Notes: generated from the sequence alone by a model not told the origin. A stretch of DNA of 21,589 nucleotides from Elusimicrobiota bacterium (GCA_043827405.1 JBDRPD010000038.1:1-21589); one strand, 5' to 3'. Counted from the first letter of the stretch, positions 1-8,235 are shown. Program-made: numbers and translations.

Positions 1-41
1 CATAGGGACGGGGTTCAGGTAAAGCGGCAGCTTATCGGTAT

Positions 42-1301
42 TCAATATTCCAGCTCCAGCCGTCCAAGCTGTTCCTCGAAGCGCCGGCGAAATTCCGGGG
101 CCAGCACATCAGTGCATACGGCGTAGCGGATCAGCGGTTCAGAGCCGGCGAAATGCACTCCCACAATGCCGGTCTCGGAGATCACCTTGCGGTTGAAGGC
201 TTCCTGCGCCGGCAGGTCTTTGGTCTCCGGATCCTCGGCGAGTACCGTTCCCAAAACCTTGCGCGGCACCTTCCATAGCGTGAAGAAGCCGGCCTCGGTC
301 CGGCAGGCGGGCCGAAAACCCGCATCCTCCAGGCGCGGAAAAAGATAGTCGACCCGCTCCCAATACATCGCCGCCAGACGGCTCATCGCCGCGCGCGCCT
401 TATCCATGTCCTTAAAGAACTCCCCGTAAGCGGCCATCACATAGGGGACCGGACCGGACTCGGTATTGCCTTTGACCATATTGAAATCTTCGACGAAGTC
501 GCGGGAGCCGACCAGCGCGCCCAGACGTCCGCCCGGGTCGGAGAAGGACTTGCTCACCGAATACATCTCGATCCATTCCAGCTCCGGATAGTCCTTCGCC
601 GCGGCGGCCAGCGGCATATGGCTGTCGCCGGCGAGGCCGGCATAGGCCGCGTCGTTGACCAGCCGCGTCCCGCGCTCAATGCAGTGCTCAATAAGCGCCT
701 TCCATTCCTCCGCCGTCGCCCCCACCGCGGCGGGATTGCCGGGGCGGATCACATAAATCAAGTCGGCCCGCTCCATGCTCCTCGCCTTGAGCGCCTCCTG
801 GAGCCGGTTTATGTTGAGACGCATATTGTCCTGAGACGCCAGCGGCCAGACCACACGCTCGGCGCCGAGATAGCCGTCCGCCCAGGTGCCGATCACGTCA
901 TAGGCCGGCAGGTTGGAGACAACCGTGAAGCCGCCGCGGCGCTTGCGGTCCGGCAGATGCAGCCCGCAGGCCAGCGGCAGCAGGCCGCCCGCCGTCTTGA
1001 TGCCGGGAATCGGCAGGCCGCGCAGATGCGTGTATTCCTCAATGCGAATGCGTCCGTGCAGCTCGATCATCCCTTCCGCGAAGCGCCGGAGATTCTTATC
1101 CTCGGCGTAGGTGTGGAAAGCGTACTCCCGGTCGCGCGCGAAGCGCGACTGCAGCTCGAGGATCGCATCATCCGGCACGGTATCGGGGTTGCCCAGCGAG
1201 AGGTTCAGCACCGGCAGCCCCGTCTTCTCCGTGTACTCCTTTTGCAGGAGATATATCAGCTGAAAGAGATTGATGCCCGCGGGCGGAATCCGGCGCGTCA
1301 C
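42..1301 (-). CDS. PLP-dependent class I/II aminotransferase (LL-diaminopimelate aminotransferase-like)
   Basis: Motifs LNLSLGNPD, PGNP, VNDAAY and the PLP-lysine motif SVSKSFSDPGGRLG. The GTG start overlaps the upstream stop (GTGA) and is preceded by a GGAGG RBS. Substrate not determinable. Confidence 0.85.
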   Translation of the reverse strand: MTRRIPPAGINLFQLIYLLQKEYTEKTGLPVLNLSLGNPDTVPDDAILELQSRFARDREYAFHTYAEDKNLRRFAEGMIELHGRIRIEEYTHLRGLPIPGIKTAGGLLPLACGLHLPDRKRRGGFTVVSNLPAYDVIGTWADGYLGAERVVWPLASQDNMRLNINRLQEALKARSMERADLIYVIRPGNPAAVGATAEEWKALIEHCIERGTRLVNDAAYAGLAGDSHMPLAAAAKDYPELEWIEMYSVSKSFSDPGGRLGALVGSRDFVEDFNMVKGNTESGPVPYVMAAYGEFFKDMDKARAAMSRLAAMYWERVDYLFPRLEDAGFRPACRTEAGFFTLWKVPRKVLGTVLAEDPETKDLPAQEAFNRKVISETGIVGVHFAGSEPLIRYAVCTDVLAPEFRRRFEEQLGRLELEY

Positions 1302-2467
1302 CGCACCTCCTCGGGGATATCCTGCCCGCGGATCACGTCCCCCTCCGCCAGAATCAGCAGCCGCTCAAGCAGGTTTTCCAGCTGCCGCACATTGCCTTCC
1401 CAGCTCCCGGCGGTGAGCGCCGCCATCGCGGCCGGCTCGAGCTCCGGCACGGACCGTCCGTTCTTCTGCGCCAGCCGTTTGAGGAAGAAGGCCGTCAGCT
1501 CGGGGATGTCCTCGCGGCGATCGCGCAGCGGCGGCAGTTCGATAGGAACGACGTTGAGCCGATAATACAAATCCTCGCGAAACCGCTTCTCTGCGACGGC
1601 CTTCTTGATATCGGCATTGGTCGCGGCCACGACGCGCACGTCGGCGCACAGCGTCCCGGTCCCGCCCACCCGGTCGAACTCCCCGTTCTGCAGAACGCGC
1701 AGCAGCTTGACCTGCATGGCGGGAGCCATCTCCCCCACCTCGTCAAGAAATATCGTGCCGCCGTCCGCCAGCTCGAACTTGCCCGGCTTTTCACGCACCG
1801 CCCCGGTAAATGCCCCCTTCTCATGGCCGAACAGCTCCGCCTCCAGCAGATCTTCCGGGATCGCACCGCAATGGACCTTGATAAAGGCCTGGTCCCGGCG
1901 CGGGCTCGCGGCATGCAGGGCGGCGGCGACCAGTTCCTTGCCGGTGCCGGTTTCGCCCAGGATCAGCACCGTCGCGCCGGACGGCCCCGCCTTGCGGATC
2001 AAGGTATAGACCTGCTCCATCGGCGGGCTCTTGCCGATGAGGGGATGCGGTCCGGCGGCGGGCTCCATGACCCATTCCTGATCCTCGCGCGAAGCATAGG
2101 CCAGCGCCTTCTTCACGATTCTTCCCAGCTCGTCGAAATCCAGCGGCTTGGCGAGAAAATCATGCGCCCCATGCTTGATGGCCTCTACGGCCGTAGGGAT
2201 CGAGCCGAAAGCGGTCATCAGGATGACCGGCAAACCGGGCCGGGTCTTGCGGATTTCCTTAAGCAAGCCGATCCCGTCCATGCCCGGCAGCTTGAGGTCG
2301 GTCAGCACCAACGCCGGCTCGCGGGCGAGCGCTTTACGCGCCTCCTCGGCATCCTTAGCCAGAACCGTCCGCCAGCCCTGAGCCTCGAGGACCCCCTTAA
2401 GAACCTTGCGATGGTTGGCCTGGTCCTCAACGACGAGAATAAGCGCTGCAGCGTCTTTCTCCGGCAT
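1298..2467 (-). CDS. Sigma54-dependent response regulator (NtrC/AtoC family, REC + AAA+), no C-terminal HTH
   Basis: REC domain (VVED, LTDLKLPGMDG, MTAFG, KP). Walker A GETGTGKE, GAFTGA loop, Walker B FLDE, RVVAATN, FREDLYYRLNV, WEGNVRQLEN. The protein ends about 20 aa after the last motif. Confidence 0.93.
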   Translation of the reverse strand: MPEKDAAALILVVEDQANHRKVLKGVLEAQGWRTVLAKDAEEARKALAREPALVLTDLKLPGMDGIGLLKEIRKTRPGLPVILMTAFGSIPTAVEAIKHGAHDFLAKPLDFDELGRIVKKALAYASREDQEWVMEPAAGPHPLIGKSPPMEQVYTLIRKAGPSGATVLILGETGTGKELVAAALHAASPRRDQAFIKVHCGAIPEDLLEAELFGHEKGAFTGAVREKPGKFELADGGTIFLDEVGEMAPAMQVKLLRVLQNGEFDRVGGTGTLCADVRVVAATNADIKKAVAEKRFREDLYYRLNVVPIELPPLRDRREDIPELTAFFLKRLAQKNGRSVPELEPAAMAALTAGSWEGNVRQLENLLERLLILAEGDVIRGQDIPEEVR

Positions 2468-2478
2468 ACAGCTTGTCT

Positions 2479-2484
2479 ATCATA
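2479..2484 (-). promoter_or_regulatory. Putative sigma70 -10 box (TATGAT) for the response regulator
   Basis: TATGAT on the minus strand, 11 nt before the ATG at 2467, in an AT-rich spacer. No convincing -35 or SD. Confidence 0.4.
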
Positions 2485-2513
2485 TTCCCTTTTATCGTAA
2501 GGCCTGACCCCAT

Positions 2514-2529
2514 TGGCATAAATATTGAT
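2514..2529 (+). promoter_or_regulatory. Putative sigma54 (-24/-12) promoter for the VIT-vWA/rhombosortase operon
   Basis: TGGCATAAATATTGAT versus consensus TGGCAC-N5-TTGCW: correct GG-N10 spacing, with GA instead of GC at -12. Adjacent to a sigma54 activator gene and followed by an AAGGAGG RBS. Confidence 0.6.
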
Positions 2530-2564
2530 CCGCTTCAGATGAAGCCGCACCCAAGGAGGACGTG

Positions 2565-4553
2565 ATGAAACAGCTGAGAATGATGATCCTGACCGCGGCG
2601 GCGGCCCTGTGGACGATGAGCGCGAGCGCCGCCGGCCTGCTGCGCCCGACAAAAGCGGACTACGGCGACCTCGAGATCAGGAAACATGCGGTCTCGATCG
2701 TCATAAACAACGGATTCGCGAAGACCGAGGTGGATCAGGTCTTCCATAACCCCCATGACCAGGACCTGGAAGCCGTCTACACCTTCCCGGTACCCGAGAA
2801 GGCCGCGATGTCGGAGCTCTCGCTCTGGGTCGACGGCAAAGAGATGTTCGGTGAAGTGCTGGAAAAGAAAAAAGCGCGCGAGGTGTATGAGGATGAGAAA
2901 GCCAAAGGCCGGGACACCGCACTCAATGAAAAGGACGGCTACAAATCGTTTAAGGTCTCGGTTGCGCCCGTACGGGCGGGACAGGATACCCGCATACGGC
3001 TGGTCTATTATCAGCCGCTCAAGATCGATCACGGGATCGGCTCCTACATCTATCCTTTGGAAGAGGGAGGCGTGGACGACGCCCGCGACCTGGCCTTCTT
3101 CCTTAACGATGAGATAAAGGGAGACGGTGAGACCGGATTCACTCTGGACCTGAAGCTCAAGACCGCCTACCCCGTAGACGCGGTCATGGTTCCCAGCCAT
3201 CCGGGCGCTTCAGTGGTCAAAGAGAATGACGGCGCATACCGCGTCGCCGTAGCCTCGGGAGCCGGCCTCGGCCGGGACTTCGTGCTCAACTACCGCCTGG
3301 CGGCCGATCAACCGGCTGACGTCGAGCTCATCCCGTTCAAGGAGAAGGGTGCGCAAGAGGGCACCTTCATGATCGTGGTGACGCCGGGCGATGACCTCAA
3401 GCCGCTGAGCCGCGGCGCCGACTGGACCTTCGTGCTCGACATCTCGGGCTCGATGACCGACAAGCTGCCGGCCCTGGCCGAGGGCGTTGAGAAGGCGCTC
3501 ACGCGCATGCGGCCGGAAGACCGCTTCCGCATCGTCCTGTTCAACGAGCGGGCGCACTGGCTGATCAAGCCGTTCACCGTCGCCAACAAGGAGAACGTCG
3601 CCAAGGCCGTCGGCGAGGTGAGCGCGCTGCGCGCGGGCGGCAGCACCAACCTCTACCAGGGCCTGGAGCAGGGGCTCGAAGACCTCGCAGCCGATCGCAC
3701 CAGCGCCGTGCTGCTGGTAACCGATGGGGTGGCCAACGTGGGCGTCACCGAGCACCGGCGCTTCATCGAGCTGGCGCGCAAAAAGGATGTGCGGCTGTTC
3801 ACCTTCATTATGGGGAACTCCGCCAACACCCCCCTGCTCAAGGATCTCGCCGAATCCTCCAACGGCTTCGCGGCCGCGATCTCCAACGCGGATGCGATCG
3901 TCGGCAAGATTCTGCAGGCGAAGTCCAGGCTCACGCATGAGGCCATGCACGATGCCGGCATCAAGATCAAGGGGACGAATAACTTCGCCCTCACTCCCGC
4001 CCAGCCGCGCACCCTCTACCGCGGCGAGCAGCTCGTGGTGTTCGGCAAATACCGCGGCCACGGCAAGGCCCAGCTGACGTTCGAGGCCAAGATATCGGGC
4101 AAGCCGATGACGGTGACGGTGCCGGTCGTCCTGCCCGAAGCCGATGAGAGAAACCCGGAACTGGAGCGTCTATGGGCGCTGGCACGCGTCGAGGAACTGG
4201 CCCAGGAGAAGCGTTTAGGCGGGAACGCGCAGGAGCTCGACGGCATGATCCGCGACCTGGGAGTGAGCTACTCGCTGGTCACCGATGAGACCTCCATGGT
4301 CGTAGTCCGCGAGGAGAGCCTGGTCGAGCACGGGATTGACAGCCGCAACATGCGGCGGATCATCCGCGAGCGCGCGGCGCAGAAAACACGGGACGGCGCC
4401 GCCCCGACAAGCTACGCCCGGCAGTATTCTCCCCCGCCCGTCTCCGGCAGCCCCGCGGCCCGTATCGGCAGCGGCGGCGGCGGCGCGGTGGGACCGCTGT
4501 TCGGAGTACTCGCCGTCCTCATGGCGGGGCTGCGGAGGAAGAGAAAGCAATGA
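2565..4553 (+). CDS. Secreted VIT + vWA domain protein with C-terminal GlyGly-CTERM sorting signal (rhombosortase target)
   Basis: Signal peptide ending ASA. VIT domain (AKTEVDQVFHNP..LEAVYTFPVP..GEVLEKKKAREVYE). vWA MIDAS (DISGSM, GGSTN, TDG). YSLVTDETSMVVV motif. Tail GSGGGGAVG-hydrophobic-RRKRKQ. Start is ATG 2565 or GTG 2562. Confidence 0.9.
   Translation: MKQLRMMILTAAAALWTMSASAAGLLRPTKADYGDLEIRKHAVSIVINNGFAKTEVDQVFHNPHDQDLEAVYTFPVPEKAAMSELSLWVDGKEMFGEVLEKKKAREVYEDEKAKGRDTALNEKDGYKSFKVSVAPVRAGQDTRIRLVYYQPLKIDHGIGSYIYPLEEGGVDDARDLAFFLNDEIKGDGETGFTLDLKLKTAYPVDAVMVPSHPGASVVKENDGAYRVAVASGAGLGRDFVLNYRLAADQPADVELIPFKEKGAQEGTFMIVVTPGDDLKPLSRGADWTFVLDISGSMTDKLPALAEGVEKALTRMRPEDRFRIVLFNERAHWLIKPFTVANKENVAKAVGEVSALRAGGSTNLYQGLEQGLEDLAADRTSAVLLVTDGVANVGVTEHRRFIELARKKDVRLFTFIMGNSANTPLLKDLAESSNGFAAAISNADAIVGKILQAKSRLTHEAMHDAGIKIKGTNNFALTPAQPRTLYRGEQLVVFGKYRGHGKAQLTFEAKISGKPMTVTVPVVLPEADERNPELERLWALARVEELAQEKRLGGNAQELDGMIRDLGVSYSLVTDETSMVVVREESLVEHGIDSRNMRRIIRERAAQKTRDGAAPTSYARQYSPPPVSGSPAARIGSGGGGAVGPLFGVLAVLMAGLRRKRKQ
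4467..4553 (+). other. GlyGly-CTERM sorting-signal coding segment
   Basis: GSGGGGAVGPLFGVLAVLMAGLRRKRKQ: Gly-rich motif, one TM helix and a basic cluster at the extreme C-terminus. Confidence 0.85.
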
Positions 4554-5335
4554 GAAGGTTCCCCCTCATAACGTGGGTCGCCGCGGCCTTGGCCGCGGCG
4601 GCCTGCGTCCTTCCCGAAGGCTTCGCAGCGCTTTCATATCAGCGGCTGGAAATCCTCAACGGCGAGTGGTGGCGCCTCCTTACCTGCCATCTGACCCATG
4701 GCTCCTGGCGGCACTTCCTATGGGACGCGGGAGCCTTCCTGCTGCTCGGACATCAGGCGGAACAGCGCTTCGAACGGAGCTACCCCTGGCTGCTGGCGGG
4801 AAGCGCGCTCTTCGTGGGGCTCGGCCTGCTGCTGACGCTGCCGGGACTTGACTGGTACTGCGGTCTTTCCGGCCTTGATACGGCGCTGTTCTGCGCCCTG
4901 ATCGCCGCCGACGGACGCCGGGCCTGGCGCGACCAAGATCACGCCATTCTCGCGCTCAACGCCCTGTGGATTGCCGGGCTCGCCGGAAAGATCGGCTACG
5001 AGTACGCGACCGGCAGCATGATGTTCGCGGCAACGCCGAACCTGGCGCCGGTACCGGCGGCGCATCTGCTGGGCGCCGTCGCCGGGATTCTTTACAACGC
5101 GGCGGCGAGCTCGGAGCGCAGGGCTTCGAACTTGCGGCGGAAGCGCTCGTTGGACGACAGCGTCCACGGACTGCCGACCAGCATCCAGTTGACCTCGCGC
5201 TGGGCGACGCGGAAGGCGCGGCCCTCCTCGAGCAGCTTTTCGGAACGGTGGATGCCGAGCAGAGTCTTGACGGCGAGCAGCGATGGCCAGGCCACGGCGG
5301 CGCGCAGGCGCATGCCGGGCATCGCTTCGACGTAG
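4550..5335 (+). CDS. Rhombosortase (rhomboid-family intramembrane serine protease)
   Basis: GEWWRLLTCHLTH, HFLWD, catalytic YCGLSG and AHLLGAVAG. ATGA overlap with the GlyGly-CTERM gene. The last ~79 codons are antisense to the squalene synthase gene. Confidence 0.85.
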   Translation: MRRFPLITWVAAALAAAACVLPEGFAALSYQRLEILNGEWWRLLTCHLTHGSWRHFLWDAGAFLLLGHQAEQRFERSYPWLLAGSALFVGLGLLLTLPGLDWYCGLSGLDTALFCALIAADGRRAWRDQDHAILALNALWIAGLAGKIGYEYATGSMMFAATPNLAPVPAAHLLGAVAGILYNAAASSERRASNLRRKRSLDDSVHGLPTSIQLTSRWATRKARPSSSSFSERWMPSRVLTASSDGQATAARRRMPGIAST

Positions 5336-6108
5336 TCCGCCCCGGCCGACAAGTGTTCGAGGCCCCAGCGCAGCCAGGCGCGCACGACAGGGCGCAGCTT
5401 CGGCAGCGCCGCCGGTTCGAGCAGGTCGCGGACCTTGAGTCCGGCCGCGTCGAGCTCCTCCTGCGGCAGGTAGCAGCGGCCGATGCGCAGGTCGCCGGGG
5501 ATGTCGCGCAGGATGTTGGTAATCTGCAGCCCCTTGCCCAGCCGGTAGCCGCGATCCAGCAGCATCCCGGCGTCGGCGTCCTTGAGCTTGGGCACGCGCA
5601 GCAGACAGAGCTTGGTCCAGAACAGGCCCGGCGCGCCGCCGATGAAGCCGCAGTATTCGTCGAGCAGCGCGGCGTTCGGCAAGGCGCTGATGCGTTCAAC
5701 GCTGTCGCCCGGGAAGTGCGCGAAGTCCAGGCGCATGCCGTCGATAACGCCGAACACCACCTCCTTCAGGAGCTCCCGTTCGGCGGCGGGAAATGACCGC
5801 CACAGCGCGACGCAGTCGTTGAGCCGCTCCAGAAGTTCACGCTCCGCGGCGCTGGCCTGGTGCTCGGTGTAGCCGTCCAAGAGCGCCGCCTCGACCGGGC
5901 GCCCCGTCTCGAACGCCGCCCGGTAAGCCTCCAGCGTCGCCAAACGCTGCGCGCGCGGCACCAGCCGCGTGTCCGCTATCGTGTCGGCGGCGCGGCAGAA
6001 GAGATAGCCCAGCCCCATCGCGTCGCGCACGCCGTCGGGCAGGACGCGGAGGCTGAGATACATCGAACGGGAGACGCGCTTGAGCAGGTCCTGGACGCCC
6101 GCGTCCAT
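5092..6108 (-). CDS. Squalene/phytoene synthase family protein (farnesyl-diphosphate farnesyltransferase-like)
   Basis: LLKRVSRSMYLS, YLFCRAADTIAD (first Asp-rich motif), LDEYC, GKGLQITNILRDIPGDLRIGRCYLP (second motif). Confidence 0.88.
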   Translation of the reverse strand: MDAGVQDLLKRVSRSMYLSLRVLPDGVRDAMGLGYLFCRAADTIADTRLVPRAQRLATLEAYRAAFETGRPVEAALLDGYTEHQASAAERELLERLNDCVALWRSFPAAERELLKEVVFGVIDGMRLDFAHFPGDSVERISALPNAALLDEYCGFIGGAPGLFWTKLCLLRVPKLKDADAGMLLDRGYRLGKGLQITNILRDIPGDLRIGRCYLPQEELDAAGLKVRDLLEPAALPKLRPVVRAWLRWGLEHLSAGADYVEAMPGMRLRAAVAWPSLLAVKTLLGIHRSEKLLEEGRAFRVAQREVNWMLVGSPWTLSSNERFRRKFEALRSELAAAL

Positions 6109-8196
6109 CTAGGCGGACTTGGTCTTGGCGAGGGACTTCACGACCACGGCGAGCTCGACGGGCTCCACCGGCTTGAGAATGTACATCTGAAAACCGTTCA
6201 TCAGGGCCAGCGCGCGATCCTCGGGTCCGGCCCGGCCGGTCAGCGTGGCGGCGGGGATATCCCCCCCTTCCTCCTCGCTCAGATCGCGGACCCTTCTGAT
6301 CAGGGAGAATCCGTCCTCGCCGGGCATCATAAGATCCGAGATCATTACGTCCGGACGGTCCTGCCGTACGGAGTCGAAGGCTTCCGCCGCGGTACAGGCT
6401 TCCGTGACCCGGGCGCCGCAGTGGCGCAGCGACGCGCTCAGAACCGTGCGGGCGTCCGGTTCGTCTTCGACGATCAAGACATGGATGCCGCTCAGATCGG
6501 GACGCTGCAGCCTATCACACTTCGATTTCTGCGTCGAGACCGGCTCGGAGGTCTGCCGCTCGGCCGCCGCCAGCAGCGGCAAGGACAGCATAAACTCCGT
6601 TCCCTTGCCCTCACCGTCGCTGTGCACGCGCACCGTCCCTCCGTGCATCTCGGCGATATGCTTGACGATCGCCAGCCCCAGCCCCAGACCCCGGTGCTCG
6701 CGCGTCATCGGGTCCTCGGCCTGGCTGAAGGGATCAAACACATGGGGCAGGTAGTCCGGTGAAACTCCCACTCCCGTGTCCTTGATCGAAATCTCGGCGC
6801 TCTCACCGTAGCTGCGCAGCTGAACCCGCACTTTGCCGCCCTCGGTGGTGAACTTCACCGCGTTGGAGAGCAGGTTCCACAGCGCCTGCTGCAGCCGCTG
6901 CCCCTCGCCGGAAACCAGCAGCGTCGGCAGGTCGTCGTCGAGATCGATCTGTATCTGCCGGGCGTCGGCCGCCGGCCGCACCACGTCCACCGCCGAGCGC
7001 AGGATATTGGGCAGCTCGACCGATGAGGCCTCGATGCGCATTTTGCCCGAGGTGAAGCGCGAGATATCGAGGAGATCCTCGATGATCTGGGCCTGTGACT
7101 TCATATTGCGCTCAATGGTCTCGAGCGCCATCGAAAAATCCGCGCTCCCCAGCTCCTTGGAGCGCAGCAGCCAGGTCCAGCCGATCATCGCCGTCATCGG
7201 CGTGCGCAGCTCATGCGACAGCAAGGCCAGGAAATCGTCCTTCGAACGGCTGGACCGCTCGGCTTCCGCGCGCAGCACCTTCTCCTTCTCCAGCAGCGAT
7301 TCGCGCTCACGCTGCGCCTGCACCCGCTCCGTCACGTCGACCGCCACGCCGATCATGCCGCTGACCCTGCCGTCGCGCAGGCGCTGCGGGGTAAAGTGGG
7401 TATCGAAGACCCGGCCCGCCTCGCTCACCTGCAGCGTGAACGACTCGCCGGCCAAAGCGCGGCGCAGGCTGTCAAGGATCGGCTGGTTTCCTCCATACAC
7501 CTCGTACGCCGAGCGGCCGACCACCTCGCCGGGTTTAAGCCCCAGCATCGCGAGCCCCTTCCCTTCGGAAAGCGTGAAGGTGCCGTGGTTGTCGATTGCG
7601 AACAGGACAATCGGCGCCTCGGCGATAACCTTGCTCAGGCGCTCCTCGACGCTCTTGAGCTCTTCCGCCGTGCGGTGATACTTGCTGATGTCGCGGGAGA
7701 TGCCGATCATGCCCACGAGCCCGATCTTCTTGTCGATGACGGGCCCCTTGATGGTGTCGAACATGATTCGCCCCAGGCCGCCGGCCATGGACTCCTCGAC
7801 GCGGACCGGCTTCTGATGCTTCATAACCTTCCAGTCGCTGGCCCGGCATTTCTCCGCCAGCTCGATCGGGAAAATCTCCGCATCCGTTCGTCCGATAATG
7901 CCGAGCCGCGAGCGCCGCGCCAGCCGCAGGAACGCCCCGTTAACGATGCGGTAGTGCCCGCTGATATCCTTGAAGTAGGCGATATCGGCGAGCGCGTCCA
8001 GCAGCGGCTCGATCGTTGCGCATAGCTCCTTAACGACGCGCTCCCGCATAAAGTCCGTCACCGCGGGAGACACCCCTTTCTTCCTGGCGGAGGGCGCCGT
8101 CTTTTTTCCAACCGCCAGCGCCGCCTTTTTTCGGGGCGGGCGGGCCGCTTTTTTCGGCTTCGCTGCGGCGCGTTTCCGAGCGGGGGTCTTCGGCAT
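6109..8196 (-). CDS. Cytoplasmic hybrid sensor histidine kinase (PAS-PAS-HisKA-HATPase-REC)
   Basis: Two PAS/PAC-like regions (YFKDISGHYRIVN..GISRDIS; LFAIDNHGTF..GVAVDVTER). H-box LSHELRTP, N-box NLLSNAVKFT, DTGVG, GLGLGL. REC domain (VEDE, SDLMMP, KP). No TM segments. Confidence 0.93.
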   Translation of the reverse strand: MPKTPARKRAAAKPKKAARPPRKKAALAVGKKTAPSARKKGVSPAVTDFMRERVVKELCATIEPLLDALADIAYFKDISGHYRIVNGAFLRLARRSRLGIIGRTDAEIFPIELAEKCRASDWKVMKHQKPVRVEESMAGGLGRIMFDTIKGPVIDKKIGLVGMIGISRDISKYHRTAEELKSVEERLSKVIAEAPIVLFAIDNHGTFTLSEGKGLAMLGLKPGEVVGRSAYEVYGGNQPILDSLRRALAGESFTLQVSEAGRVFDTHFTPQRLRDGRVSGMIGVAVDVTERVQAQRERESLLEKEKVLRAEAERSSRSKDDFLALLSHELRTPMTAMIGWTWLLRSKELGSADFSMALETIERNMKSQAQIIEDLLDISRFTSGKMRIEASSVELPNILRSAVDVVRPAADARQIQIDLDDDLPTLLVSGEGQRLQQALWNLLSNAVKFTTEGGKVRVQLRSYGESAEISIKDTGVGVSPDYLPHVFDPFSQAEDPMTREHRGLGLGLAIVKHIAEMHGGTVRVHSDGEGKGTEFMLSLPLLAAAERQTSEPVSTQKSKCDRLQRPDLSGIHVLIVEDEPDARTVLSASLRHCGARVTEACTAAEAFDSVRQDRPDVMISDLMMPGEDGFSLIRRVRDLSEEEGGDIPAATLTGRAGPEDRALALMNGFQMYILKPVEPVELAVVVKSLAKTKSA

Positions 8197-8207
8197 AGGG
8201 ATGGGTA

Positions 8208-8235
8208 ATTATAAGCATATTTCCCCCACCGTAAA
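8208..8235 (-). promoter_or_regulatory. Putative sigma70 promoter for the kinase-squalene synthase operon
   Basis: Minus strand TTTACG-N16-TATAAT. The perfect -10 box is 11 nt before ATG 8196. Confidence 0.55.

Noticed and set aside
1..41. Minus-strand ATG at positions 3-1, possibly the start of the next gene after the aminotransferase
   Set aside because: At the window edge, with no coding sequence available to evaluate.
2462..2476. Second sigma54-like string CGGCATACAGCTTGT
   Set aside because: It is a poorer match (C before GG, GT at -12) and overlaps the activator start codon. The 2514 site fits better.
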